The notes: generated by a model from the sequence alone, not told the origin. 64,000 bases of DNA from Haliotis rufescens (GCF_023055435.1 NW_025964001.1:43276001-43340000); one strand, 5' to 3'; numbered from the stretch's first letter, positions 13,847-27,610 are shown. Made by a program: numbers and translations.

Positions 13847-16800
13847 CTACTGATCGGGGTCATTGATCACAACAACAGGTGAGGTATCAGTGTCGATGAT
13901 ACGGTGTGATATACACAGAAACAATCTGCAAGATACATATATTAATATATACGAGTTTGTGTCAAATCATAATTTTAAAGGATGAGTAAAAGAACCATAT
14001 TTAAATTGTAAAAGGTCAACCCTACATATGATGTGATATCGTACTTATTAGTCAGTGAAGTGTAAAAATAATACTGAAACTAAATAGAACAGAGAACAGA
14101 TATGGACACTGGAAACACTAGATGTCCTCTATGTATAATGTCAACACTATGTAATATGTGTACTGGCATTGAGAGACGAAAGTGCTTTCATCAAGAACAG
14201 TTAAATAGAGAATACTAAACGAGCTCCCGTGTAATACCAATTTTATGAAACGAGGGAATAGTTCTTGTATTTGACGAGCGAAAGCGTGCCAGATACCAGA
14301 GTTTCATAAAATTGGTATCACACGTGAGCGAGTTTAGTATTTTATTTATTACTTGCCAATTATAGCTATTCTTTTTCAGAATTTCACTGTAAGAATAGGC
14401 AGACACCTACACGATCCACAACGTAATCCACTTGAGTTTAACAGAATGATACCTGCAAAACGTCAAACGTTGACACATATTAATTTACCATATAACGGCC
14501 AACCGTTAGAATTCAGGCATCCGTTCTATAAAGTTATCGTAGCGCTAAGGTTATCGTATCTCACATTACACCTGTCGTTGCGCCACAATATGATCGCCTT
14601 ATGGAACGGGATCTGCACCACAAAGTTTACAATCACGTCACAATACTCTATGACGCGATTTGTGGAATTTTGTTGGCAGATCCACCGGCGAAACAATACC
14701 ATGTGACGTCAGTCTAGCAACGGTGTAGCTGGGATCATTGAGTGTGCATAAACTCCTCTCAATGATCAATCATCTCCTCCCGCAATGTCGTTGAATAATC
14801 CAAGGGATGCTGAGAGCTTTCAACGTTTGTTAGTGTAACTTTTTCCCGCCGTACATAAGCACGCGCTTAGATATTACACAATGTGTAATACAGCTGTATG
14901 TTTATTTAACAGGTGATAATGAAAACTCGTGTACATTTTCCCTGAAAGGTAAAGTACCCAAACCAATGCATGTACTCACACTATAATGACCACAGCCAAC
15001 ACGTGACAAGCTGCACAGACGAAGAAGGCAAATCCACGGAATATCTTCACAGTGGCATCATATATCTCGTTGTACACTGTTACCCCCATTCCTGCTGAGA
15101 TGATGTTAATTAGCCCAACCCCGGCAAACAGTGATCCTGCAAGAAATAGGTGTCCGTATGCATACGAATCGGAATCAGAATCGTAAACTGTTCTGATTGG
15201 AAAACTCAAAACAAGGGCATTAGGCCAAGAAGTTTAAATTAAGATTCGTGTATACCAAGGACTTTAAATCGCTCAGTAATGATCAAATAGCCAATTCATC
15301 CAGTAAAACAGCCTCATCTGGTTCATATTTAGATCCATGCATACATATTCAATGATTTGGTCCGGATGACAACTTTCCAATTGTTAACTATCACTCTATG
15401 TTGAGCCATATTCCAGCAGCTCTAGCCTTTGGTGTCTACATTTCAGAACGTTTGAGGTTTTATGTTAGACGTGTGGAGGTCATTTCTATATTTGACGCAT
15501 CAGTGACCAAAGTGATGTCCGATGCAATTCCCCTTTTTTTACCTGTACCATTTATTCACCTGGTATCATCAATATTTGATATACTATTAATATATATTTG
15601 ATTCATTTACATATCAGCTTATGGTGTTGTTGGAATCGTAGATTGGCGTAAAGTGTATATTATAAATGATGCATTACATAACTGAGGTTTATCTTTCCCT
15701 AGCACATATGCACTTCATCTATCTGAGACTCACCCTGCATTTCCGCAGGCGCCATCCTTGACATGATAGCTCGCACTGCCGGGAGGAGAGGGGAAGCAAT
15801 GCCACATGGCAAAATAACTGCAATGAAAACAAAATAAATTTATATGTACATGCCTTTATTTCCCATTTTATGGAAATCCTACAAACAGTATTTGTCAAGA
15901 CCTTATGGTATGGATACTTAGTCAGTGTTACAACTAGGAGGGAAACGTGGCAATTCACATCAATGAACATTGTTATCAGAGCATCTTGCATTTTCTAAAT
16001 GCAGCTTACGCTTCAATGACATCATGCTTTTCTTTATTCTTTAGATAATTGTCAATATGACGTACCTGCGAAAAGCATGACGTTGGTATCAGCCAGGCCC
16101 TCTAGGACATAGGCTCCAGCCTGCATAACAGATGTTATGATACATATTCCTGGGTCTGAGGTGCACAGGTGGAGGAGTTTGATGACTGGAATCCCCAGTA
16201 GTTGTCTGGAAAGGGACACCGCCATATTGTAGTAGCCGATGAGCTCTGGTCCCCAACAGAATGGCTGGTTCAGTTGGTAAAGATATTCTACAATGTACAC
16301 ACCACCGGTGTTAAAGTATATCAGAAAATATGCTGCAATTGAGAGCCAGAATAGACTTCTCTTTGGGCCAAAATCTTTCGAAAAGTAGAATCCAAAGACA
16401 TTTTTCACCGCTTTTACCGGCGTTGGGTACTGAGATCTTCTATCTGTGTTGATCGTTTCTGGGAGCAGAATAACGACAACGAGTAGAGGGAGAAGCATAA
16501 GTGATGAAGTAGTCACAGAGGGGTAGAAATACCCAAGGTCTTTGATGAAGTATCCAGTCATGATCTGGGAAACTGCAGAAGATAAGGAGGTGGTGAAATC
16601 TATCACAGCGATACCTACTGTTCGGGAGTTCATAGGTGGCGTGTTGTCAGCCGTGTAGGCATAACTAGCTAGAATGACACCATTGTATCCCCCTGAAATC
16701 CCATCTAAGACCTCGCCAATGTACAGGTATCTAAGATCTAGATTCCAGTAAATAACAATGGTCAACGTCATATACCTCACAAGCTCTCCAATTAAAGGCA

Positions 16801-17173
16801 CAATGAAAAGAAATCTTCGACCAAGAAAATCAGAATATGCCCCAAGGAACATACAACTTATGAGTTGAATCGGGCTTGATATAGCTGTTAGTACAATCTG
16901 AATGTTTGATGTCCTGTCTTGAACCTTTTCCCGTAATATATACCCTGGATCCGACTCATTGAGGTAACACGTGGATGTTTGGTTTGAAGTGTGTGCAGTG
17001 CTGTTATGGAACAACTCATCGGAGTACCTCTTGTAAAGATATTGCGTTAACAATGGCTCGTGGATATTGACAGCTAAATGGTAAACCAGAAACACAACGT
17101 TAGCTTTGAGGAGGTTTCCGAGTTTAGACTTGCCTTCTTGATTGTTGTCTGCTACTAGTGGTGTAGACTCCAT
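13847..17173 (-). CDS. SLC46A-like: SLC46-family transporter copy B (~475 aa); exons 16066-17173, 15734-15817, 14980-15136, 13847-13925
   Basis: Canonical GT/AG sites in the same phases as paralogs. Exon 2 VILPCGIASPLLPAVRAIMSRMAPAEMQG; exon 3 GSLFAGVGLINIIS...VLAVVIIV; exon 4 LFLCISHRIIDTDTSPVVVINDPDQ*, with an earlier stop than copies C and D. Confidence 0.88.
14211..14341. repeat. Fold-back/palindromic MITE-like element (41-bp inverted arms)
   Basis: Left arm aatactaaacgagctcccgtgtaataccaattttatgaaac versus reverse complement of the right arm aatactaaactcgctcacgtgtgataccaattttatgaaac. Confidence 0.75.
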
Positions 17174-17685
17174 GCTCGTTGAGTAAAATGTGACCAGTAT
17201 TTAGAGCTTGCTCCAAGATAGTATATCTTTGAAGCCTTGAATTTCAAACCTGTTGACATGTGGCATAATGACCTTGTTTGCTGGTGATATACACGATGGT
17301 TGTTTGTTGATAACACATTGAAGCTGTTTGGATGCAGAAAGTGAGCGAGACAAGATAACACCACTATTCTTGGTATATATAACATATATCAGACATACAT
17401 TATAGAGTTTAGTCAACCTCTTTAATACTATTTACAAAATATGTTCTATCCTGTCAGCAACCACAGCCAGACCAGCCAACTGTTGATCATTGGGACTGAC
17501 AGAACCGGTGATCTCGGCACGATGCCATGGGATTGTGTGTAGACAACTTTAGCAACATCTTTGGATTTTAGTCAATGGACTTCAGAAAGATAGTATAGTC
17601 TTCTATATTACTGTTTATTTTGTTTGTTTGTTTTTTAATGCCGTACTATTCAAGCTGCATGGTTGTTTGGTCCTCAGCAATATTC

Positions 17686-17880
17686 GCTTGCCGTAAGAGG
17701 AGACTAACGGGTTCGTGTGGTCAAGCTAACTGACTTTGTTGATGCATGTCATCGTATCCCAATTGTGTAGATCGATGCTTATGATGTCAATCACAAGATT
17801 GTCTCGTCCAGACTCGATTATTTACAGACCGCTGTCATATACTGGAATATTGCTGAGTGCAGTGTTAAACAACAAACAAA
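17686..17880 (+). mobile_element. SINE family 3 copy (5'-truncated)
   Basis: Matches 9044-9313 in the opposite orientation; (AACA)n tail. Confidence 0.75.
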
Positions 17881-18442
17881 GAACAACAAAAATATGTCTG
17901 CGATTTGTAAATAATCAATTCTGGACCAGAAAATCCAGTGATTGACAGGCAACTCTAGGGACGGGCTGTGCGTCAATGGCGTTACACCATGTGTACAGAC
18001 GAATCAAGGTGTCTCCTCCGATTCACAGATAGCAGAACACGTTTTTGGCAATCTCATTAAAATCAGAGCTTCGTTCTCGCTTATCGCTAAACAAAGACTA
18101 AATTGGGTTGTTGGCGACGTTGCGGCGAGCGGTTTGCCAGGTCCTGTCGTTGTCCATTCGCTAAAATTATCCGCAGAAATTTCGAACTGCAAGTGGACAA
18201 TGCCAGACCTCAGGTCGTCACCGATTACCTCCCTCGAGAAGCGAACGGAAGTCCCTGACATTTCCAAAAATAGAGCATCTGTGGTACTTTACACCGTCTT
18301 GTGGCCCGGTATCATCAGATATATTAAGAACGTTAACACTGCAGGATCCACAAACTAATGCTAGGTTAAAAAAACAGATTGAGTAATTTCTGTGAAACCT
18401 GTTGTTGCGATGTTTACCTTCTTATTAATAAGTCCTTTGAAC

Positions 18443-18616
18443 ATGAGTGAGTGAGTGAGTGAATATGGTTTTACGCCGCTTTTAGCAATATTCCAGCAAT
18501 ATCACGGCGGGGGACACCAGAAATGGACTTCACACATTGTACCCATGTCGGGAATCGAACCCGGGTCTTTGGCGTGACGAGCGAACGCTTTAACCACTAG
18601 GCTACCCGACCGCCCC
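18443..18616 (-). mobile_element. SINE family 1
   Basis: A/B boxes, (CACT)n tail, 13-bp TSD cctttgaacatga (18434-18446 and 18615-18627). Confidence 0.88.
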
Positions 18617-19121
18617 TTTGAACATGAAATGATTCGATGAAACATTATGTCATATGCATGAAATATAATCTGTCTCAGATGTTTAGTGTATCTTCAGATA
18701 TATATGTAGACTTAGTGGTGTTGGTGGTGGTGTGTTAACACCCTGTTCAGTGTCATACTGACCTATTGTACATGTGTGATTAATAACTCGACCAACCTGT
18801 GTATGCCTGAGGGCATGTTATTTATATTTCCCTTAATGTTTTAATTATTCTGGCGCATTTTATTGATTATACTAATTGCTACACATATGCCTATGTTTTT
18901 CAAAAACTGACCAACATGTATGTAAGGAATAACAATACATAAATTATGTATATAAGTGAAGGTTTATTTCGCCATAGTCAAGGTCTAAAATGAAAATAGT
19001 GTGACAAGTTAATGCGTTAATATCAAAGATAGTTTATTACATGTATTATTTATGACAGTGATTGGGATTCAACAATAAGTTGACACACGTCTTCAACAGT
19101 CATAAGCATTGCCCATGGAGA

Positions 19122-22100
19122 CTACGTCATCGTTTCGGTGATAGCCTTATCCTTGGAGATGATGGGACTAGGTTTCCAATCTGTGTCGTTGATACTAACA
19201 GCAGTGGAGGTATCAGTGTCGACGATGCGGCGAGAAGCAAGCAGGAATATTCTGCAATACATGAATATCTATTTGTTTAGTATTTCAGCTGGCTTCCCTT
19301 ACAGGAGTAGTAAAATGTGATTGCTTACGTCTTGCATGCATCTCAATGGCTCAAAGGTGTTGGTCAGTGATGAGTAAAAAAGGAAATACAGAAATCAATG
19401 TATAAAAAGAACACATGTTATGTCAGATGTTTAGGTTGGCTATGGGCGTCCTTTATGTTGAATACCCCCACCGCGACATGTACTTACACTATGATAACCG
19501 CAGACAACAGTTGGAATCCCGCACAGGCGAAAAAGGCAAAACCACGGTGTACTTTCACAGTGGCATCATATATCTCGTTGAAAACTGTTATCCCTATAGT
19601 CCCTGAGATGATGTTCACAAGTCCAATGCCGGCAAACAGAGATCCTGGCAAAGACAAGTACATGTAAATACGATATTTGGGAACAGTACTCAACTGCTCG
19701 TTGAAAATGTTCCAAAATATTTCACAGTGTCAATAAGCTTCTCAAATCCTCAAGAATAAGATGGACCAAATAAATAAAAGCATCTTGAGTATTGCTTTGG
19801 AAAGTTTCCTTTTTAAGAGATTCTACATGAATATAGAGAATATTCAACACTCGTTCAGTGAAGAATAGTTGTTTGTTATCAACATTGCAATTATATGACA
19901 GCAACTTGTAAATAATCAAGCCAGTGATTGAAGTAATGTACATTGCTCAAAGCCATCAAGGTATGAGGTCACGCATTCAATCAACTGACCGAGCATGAAC
20001 ATCATTTTCATCATGTCGCCTCGCACAGGCCATGGTTCGTGGGGACCTATTCTAACGGGGAATCCCTACGATTCGTTTGTTTTAACGCCGAAATCAACAA
20101 TATTCCATTTATATGATGGCAATATGTAAGTAATCAAGCCTGGACCAGACATTCAAGTTGTTGACATCAAGACATCGATCCACACAATTGGGATACGTTG
20201 ACATGCAATCAACCAGTACACCGAGTATGACCATCCGATCAATCTGGTCGACTTGCACGACATGCATAGATGGCAGGGACCTATGTTCTTCCCCAGAATC
20301 CCCACAGGTCATTATCAAACGTATGTTAACATTAAGGAGGTATCCTTTATGACTGTTTTACTGTTTAAAGAAACAGTTCTTTCCAGGCTGTATGTTACAT
20401 TGTACATATATAATGTTTCATTATATCAGATCACTGATCAGATACTATGCAATATGTTATGGAAATTATTTCTCAATAAATTTATATAATGTCATTGTTA
20501 GATCAGTAAAAGATGATTCCTAATTTCATGCTGGGACAGTTAAATCAAGTAATAAAGATATATCTACAATCTTGCTTCTGAAGCTAATTTTCGGAAACGT
20601 TAGACCCGTTTGAATTAAGTACACTGCTACCAATTCATGTTTTAAATAAATCTTGCTAGAACTAGGTTTAAACGAATGACTCCATTGTACTCTCTACTGT
20701 ACATAAAATACAAGTCAAAACTGCTTCACTCTTTACCGTTGCTACCGTAAGGCAAATGCAACGGTAAAAACATTGCAACGATTTACTGTTCACACAAGCG
20801 AATATGACTGACACAAGAGCGTTTTCTGTGAAGGACATGCATGACCTCCTCCTTTGACATTTCTCCGTGTACTCACCCTGCATTTCAGCAGGCGCCATTT
20901 TCGACATGATAGCATTTACTGTCGGCAACAAAGGGCCTGCAAGACCATTGGGCAAAACAACTGCAAAAGAAAGACTTCAAACAACAAGCATGAAAAACTC
21001 ATATCCACAGCCAAAATGACATGTCTGGTTGTGTGCAAGGCAAGAAATATACGGTTTTCAAGATCTGCTCCGGAAAAAAGCACTATCGCAATTTTCAGTC
21101 TAAGTCAAACTCGAAAAATAAAATTACCAAAATCCAAAACTATCAAAAGGCACCAGTGTACAACTAGATCTTTCTATGTGCCAAGTTTGGTTAAGATTTC
21201 TCTCATGGTTTTTTAGTAATGATTCTGGAAACGAATCATGACGGAAAGACGTACGGACAGCACCCATTCCTATATCCCTCTTCTACTTCGGGCGGGGGAT
21301 AATAAACAGGTTAATATTTAGTTCTCATTTATAGTTTTACGAAGGGCTCTCCAAATTGAAACGCAAAACTTAACCCAGACATCAGTACTGTGCAATCAGT
21401 AAAGGACCACATCTGATCAATGAATAATATATAAGTTATATTATAACACACATATTTAGGTCCACAAAAAAGCAATAATCAATGGCAGGAGCAATAAGTA
21501 ATAGGGCCCGTTATTAATATTCGTGCACTCGCACATATCAGAAATTAGCTCACCATCTTAGGTCGTGAAACAGGCCAGTCTCCGTTTTCAAATACAGAGT
21601 AGTATGAAAGCTAGCAGGAATTTGATGTTTTCAAATGTTTTCGATTTTCGGAAAGTAGACACAAAGACAACTAATTTCTGATGGTCTTTAAGCCTTTGTT
21701 CTTTGAAATGATCAAGTGGTTCCAGACCAAAGACTAACTACCTAGACTAACAAACGATTCTTGAACTGACTGTCTAGGTGCAAATAATAACCGAAGCTAA
21801 AACCTTTTCACATGTTTTGTTAAAACTCAAAAGACCAGTTATATGAGAATATGTTCATGAAATCTCAGAAAAACAACAGTGGGGTGAAAATCTTTCCACT
21901 CATCTTCAGCAGAATCTTCTAGAGGTCTCTATGTCTCATCATAACACTATCTTGGTAGTAGATACAAACATGAACTCTGGCAACCTCACTGGAAGAAAGT
22001 GCTAGCCTGGCGAGTGTGTGAATTTCTATATCGTCACCCTGAGAAGAAATGCGTTGAGTTTGAGAGAGTACAGGGAAATAAGCATTACTGCTTGACAAGG

Positions 22101-24805
22101 TACTGAAGAAAATGATCCATAAAAGTACCAACAAGATCAGAAGTGGCCTCATTTTTATTTACAAAAACCTGGGAGATCTGGGTAGCCAAAGAACAGATCA
22201 CAGCACATGAAAGAATTATACCTGGAAGTCTTCCTGAAGTCATTCAATGCTCTCTGAAGTTCTTGGATAAATGCTCTTATACAACGTTTGAAATTATTAC
22301 CAATCAGCGAGTTAACGTCTGGAGTGAGTGAGTGAGTGAGTTGGGTTTAACGCCGCTTTTAACAGTATTACAGTAACATCGCGGCGTGTCAGCTATTATG
22401 TGGGAGGAAAGCCCGAAGTGATGCAGGGGTATGGTGCTGACAAACCTAGGGATTCGAACCCACAATCATAGGTTTCTGGCGTGCCAAAGGGACGCAACTC
22501 TGCACAGCGAATCGCGGCGCCTTAGACGACTGGGCTACCCGTGCCCCCTGTTAACGTCTGGAACTGGGAGAATTGTCCTGACGCCTTTTTCTTTAAACCT
22601 GACCTTTAATATGACTGCAAATCAACAAAATGGAGAAACCAAAAACCTCAAACATTTCAAAACAAAGGTAAACTACTCCTCCCTACCGGCAGCAGACTTT
22701 GGTAGATGGATACCATAAACATACTCCTCCTCAGTGTTTAATGGCATAGGATTTGACGTTCACAAAATCATTGTGTGTTCTTTGTGATTGATATTTGGCT
22801 TTAAACACAATCGGAATTCAAATAACCTGGCATGTAACAATGTCTAATACCAGACGACACACATGAGTCGTTTTTCAAACCAGCACACAAAGTCAGCGAT
22901 CTCACCCACGCAGCCACTGAGGGAAATCCGACAAAAGTAAGTGTTATCCCAGTTATAACATTTGTCACATTTGACCACTCGCCAAAAAAGACATTTTGTA
23001 TCGATAGCTTTTGGCCATAGGAGCCGTGCCAATTTAGACTTATCAGAGGGTACACAAAGTATGTCATCTAGACTACCAACTGTCGGACTTGTGGAAGAAT
23101 CGGTGGTGTTCATGTTGAAATAAGCGTGGATAACTCAAATTATTGACAACTCTCAATTATTTGATGCTTCTAACAAAGTCTATTTACAACAGCCTAATGA
23201 CATATGCCAAAATTGTTATGTGGCAGTAGATATATTGTAACTGCCCATAGTTGTTCACTGTCGATGCTCCACTCCAGCGCATGGATACTTGCTACAATGC
23301 CCTTTGGGGAGTGACGATCTCATTCGAGTTGCCTCGCAAGGCAACAGTTTCTATAGGTCTGGCTGTACCTATATGAGAATCAAATGAGGTGATTCGAGCC
23401 CTTTTTATTATTGTAGACCTAATAAAGTCATGGGTCATGTGTTCATTGATCTCATGTGGTTACTTACGGATTTCACTATTTAGTTCTGTACTTACCGATT
23501 TCTGGGTTAACCTTCACGTTTCAATTTGAGAAAAAAACACGTGACAAAAGAATTAATTATTTTTCATTGAAAACTTACAGAACAGCTTATAAAGGACAAT
23601 CTACTTCTCTACTAATTCTCACACTTTTGCCAGAAATCATGCTACTGCGAGAAAATAATTTATAAATCTAAAAGCAATTGTTATAAATACTCACATGAGA
23701 AAAGCATGACGTCAGTGTTGGCCAGGCCGTCAAGGGCAAAGGCTGCTGCCTGTATGACAGATGTTATGATACATATTCCTGGGTCTGAGGTGCACAGATG
23801 GAGGAGTTTGATGACTGGAATCCCCAGTAATTGCCGAGAAAGCGACAACGCCATATAAAAGTAGCCAATGAGTTCTGGTCCCCAACAGAAAGGCAGGTTT
23901 AGTTGGAAAAGATATTGGACAAAGTACACACCAGTCTGACTGAAAAAGGATATAAGATATGCTGCAAGTATAAGCCAGAAAAGGCTTCGCTTTGGTCCAA
24001 AATCTTTCGAAAAGTAGAATCCAAAGACATTTTTTACTGCTTTCACAGGACTTGGATATTGAAGTCTGCGATCAGTGTTGATAGTTTCAGCGAGCAAAAC
24101 AACAACAAGGAGTAGAGAGAGAAGTATGAGTGAAGTGGTGGTCACGGCAGGGTAGAGATAACCTAGGTCTTTCATAAAGTATCCAGTACTGGCTGAGGAA
24201 GCTGCAGCAGCAAGGTAGCTGGTGAAATCTATTAGCGCAATGCCTATTGTCCGGGAGTTCTTAGGTGGTGTGTTGTCAGCCGTGTAGGCATAACTAGCTA
24301 GAGCCACACCATTGAACCCCCCTGAAATACCCTCTAAGGCCTCACCTATATACAGGTATTTCAGATCTAGACTCCAGTAAATAACTGCTGTTAGAAATAA
24401 CTGCCTTAGAAACTCTCCAATTAATGGTACTATAAAGAGGAATCGTCGACCAAGGAAATCAGAATATGCCCCTAGGAACATACAGCTGATTACTGCCAAG
24501 GAGCTTCTAATGGCTGTGAGTATAGTTTGACAGTTTGCTGTCCTTTCTTGAACCATTTCCTGTAACATATATCCTGGATCCGACTTATTGACGTAACACT
24601 TGGAGGTTTGATTTGGAGTGCTGGCAGACCCTTTGTTATCGAACACCTCATCGGAGTACCTCTTGTAAAGATATTGTGTCACCAGTAGATCATGGATATT
24701 GATTGCCAAATGGAAAACAAGAAACACAACGTTAGCCTTGAGTAGATTTCCCAGTTTAGACTTGCCTTCTTGGTCGTTTGTTTCTGGTAGCAGTGAAGAC
24801 TCCAT
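19122..24805 (-). CDS. SLC46A-like: SLC46-family transporter copy C (~493 aa); exons 23695-24805, 20877-20960, 19488-19644, 19122-19251
   Basis: Canonical splice sites and an open joined frame. Exon 2 FVLPNGLAGPLLPTVNAIMSKMAPAEMQG; exon 4 IFLLASRRIVDTD...DWKPSPIISKDKAITETMT*. Confidence 0.92.
21060..21305 (+). mobile_element. Non-autonomous Helentron/Pearl-like short element
   Basis: GTGCCAAGTTTGG core, short ACGG/GACG repeats, GC-rich 3' hairpin-like end followed by GATAATAAA. Confidence 0.5.
22324..22549 (-). mobile_element. SINE family 2 (internally deleted)
   Basis: TSD gttaacgtctgga on both sides; homologous to 52105-52389. Confidence 0.85.
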
Positions 24806-26649
24806 GTTTGTTCAGTAATATTTGAACACCGTTCAAGAATTGCTTCTAGTTATACATATATACTTGAGGCCGTGATTTTCGAACCATGTAGACGTGTGAC
24901 AGCGACCTTGTTTACTGGTGGTGCTTACTAGATAACACTATCAACCATCGTTGAATCAGATCGCTTTGTCTCTGTCTTGTCTAATGACCTTTATTAACAT
25001 GGTATTTGTGACACTGACTCTATGTCCGGAGATAAACACAGACTTGACTCGGGTATTACAACAACGAAGTGTTAATAAATATGGATCAAGTATCCTTCTG
25101 CATTATTAATTACATTTTAACAACATTGCAATATAATGTGTTTATTGCATTGTGGACAATCTCTGTCTAAAGCCCCACCCTGACTATAAATAGCCCGCAA
25201 GGTGGCGGTGTTTCAGTTTCGAACAAGGACTGACAATTTAAACACAGCCGAGTGCCGGGAGAAGCTTTTTGAAAACCGTACGCAAACAAGATAACCATTG
25301 ACCATCAAACTTCGCATCAACTTGAATGACAAACTCTGGATACCACAAATGGCTCCATATCTAGATACAAGTCAATAACTTTTCAGTAGTTTTATCATAA
25401 AAAATCGAATCGATCGTGTTTGGCGTCTGATCAATCACAGTGGGCGGAGCTTATTTACGGTTGCGCTATAAAAAGTTAAGCACATAGTCATATGTGCATG
25501 TGACACATTCAATGCATTTGTGGTCAAAGTGTATTGTTTTGTATATTTTTACGGCAGAACAGCAGCAGAACAACAGTTTCGGTTAATGTAACAGTAACGA
25601 TACATAAATGCGAAATTGACGACAAGATTCATTCAGTTCAATCCGAAAATTACAGATATTTGTTTAGTTTTGGTCATTTGGATTCAACAGTTAGATCTAT
25701 ACCACACAATAATCAGATAATATTTATAAACTTCAATTATTACACAGATTTTTCAACTGGTGTTTAGGAAGGGGTCTAATTTGAAGCACCAGTAGTTGCG
25801 CCAATAATTAATATGTCTTAGCTTGACTACAATATATGAATATGTCACGTGTATAAACATAACAATGCACATAAGCAACTAATAAATAAGTAACGAAATA
25901 TACTTGATGTTTTGACCTACATTAGGCGTTAGGCGTATCAAGATGATATTATACTTTCGATAAACGAAAACTCAAACTCAACTTGAATTATGGATTTCCT
26001 TTCCTTTCTCAGAATTTTCACACACAAAACTGAGTTTGATCATTAGATCCACGTTGGCCCATGAATTTTTTGTTCGGGGAATTTGAATACACTTCGCGCA
26101 CAAATTTTAAAATACAATCTGGGATCCCTTTGCTGTTTTGTTCACACAAATCCTTCATCTGCTGCAACGTTTGATATCCGTTTCTTGAAGTCCGACTATC
26201 TACGATCTCTCCCAAAACATCGTCTATATAACTCAGTCCAGAAGAATTTGAAGCACTGTTTTCGAGTTAATGAATAAGTTCTGTAACAGTAAATTAGTAA
26301 AGGTTAATAAGGGATGCCAAACACGTTAATTAATGAAAGAAGAGAAGTCAAAACACTGTCATTTCCTGTTCAGGACATCACACCCCTAAACGCTAAGGTC
26401 GGTGAGGAACCTTCTCATCAAAGAAAAGACACAGTCAAGATACTGACTTTTCGGTACGGACTCTCGGTATGTAGCTATAATTATCAGTTTATTACATTAC
26501 TGAAGATGTATTTTGATTCAAACTCAATTAAATGAGCAAAACAATTGAGATCTGCCTAGATATGCACGTTTCGTTTTATTATTCTGCAATCCATTTTTAG
26601 TATTACCCGCTGGCCCGGCCCGGCCCGACTTTTCTTGGCCCGACTTTTA

Positions 26650-27610
26650 GGCAATCCCCTCGTTTAGCATGGTGTATTGCGCAACAGAACTGGAATCGGA
26701 GAACTTGGCGATGGACCCATTGGTCAAAATTGGTCACTGATGGAAGAACGAGAGTTTGGAGGCACTGGAAAACGGCCTACACCCCAAGGAACATTTAACC
26801 GACTGTTGCATACGGCGGGGGCTCGGTAATGGTTTCGGGGTGTATCTCTCATAATTGCAGGTTGGATTTGGTCACCATAAGGGGCAACTTATCAGGGGCT
26901 CGGTACATCCGGGACGTTTTGAGGCCAGTCGTCGTTCCTCATGTTGACAACCACCCTCTTGCTACTCGACCTCAGTACATGGATGACAATGCCAGGCCTC
27001 ATCGTTCGCATGCAGTCGTGGATTACATGAGGGTCAATGCAATTACGACTCTACCCTGGCCAGCAATGAGCCCAGATTTGAACCCCCTTGAACATGTTTG
27101 GGATATTCTGGGGCGGCGCATACAGGCACGAGATCCTCCTGTACAAGATTTACGCAAATTGGAAGCAGCATTGCACCTGGAGTGGTTGTTGTTGACCCAT
27201 CAACAGATCCAACGTCTGACTGTAGGCATGACGTAGGGTGGAATGCGTCATCCGGGCACGTGGCGGTTTTATCCGCTACTGATCTGTTTCACGTGTCATG
27301 TCAAGTAGAGACTTTAAGGAACATTTTCACATGAAACATCAAACGTAACTCGTTTACTTAATCCTGCAGCTCCATACTTTTTTGAGGTACTGTCTCAGGT
27401 CAAAAACAGTACCTGTGTTACCATGATGTTTATGTCACTAAATTTCAATCACAACTCACCTGCAATATCTTCTTTATTTGTTGTCAAATGTATGTTATAT
27501 CCGTTGATATTGGTATTGCCCAGCTCCTGTGGTCAGTCATCCCATGCCATGAATTTTGTCATTTGTCATGGTTCTGAAATGGGGTGTGCTTAACGTTTTT
27601 CTTTGTGTAT
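26650..27610 (+). mobile_element. Tc1-family (DD34E) transposon relic
   Basis: ORF 26829-27236 has MDDNARPH...WPAMSPDLNPLEHVWD, with 34 residues between D and E. The N-terminal part is frameshifted and the element ends near 27600. Confidence 0.85.

Noticed and set aside
17942-18358. 138-aa plus-strand ORF in a GC-richer patch
   Set aside because: No recognisable motif or splice context; probably a repeat fragment.
21700-23113. Cys-rich ORF pieces (CDKCYNW...C) in intron 1 of copy C
   Set aside because: Weak PHD-like resemblance only, and riddled with stops. Probably an old mobile-element relic that cannot be assigned.
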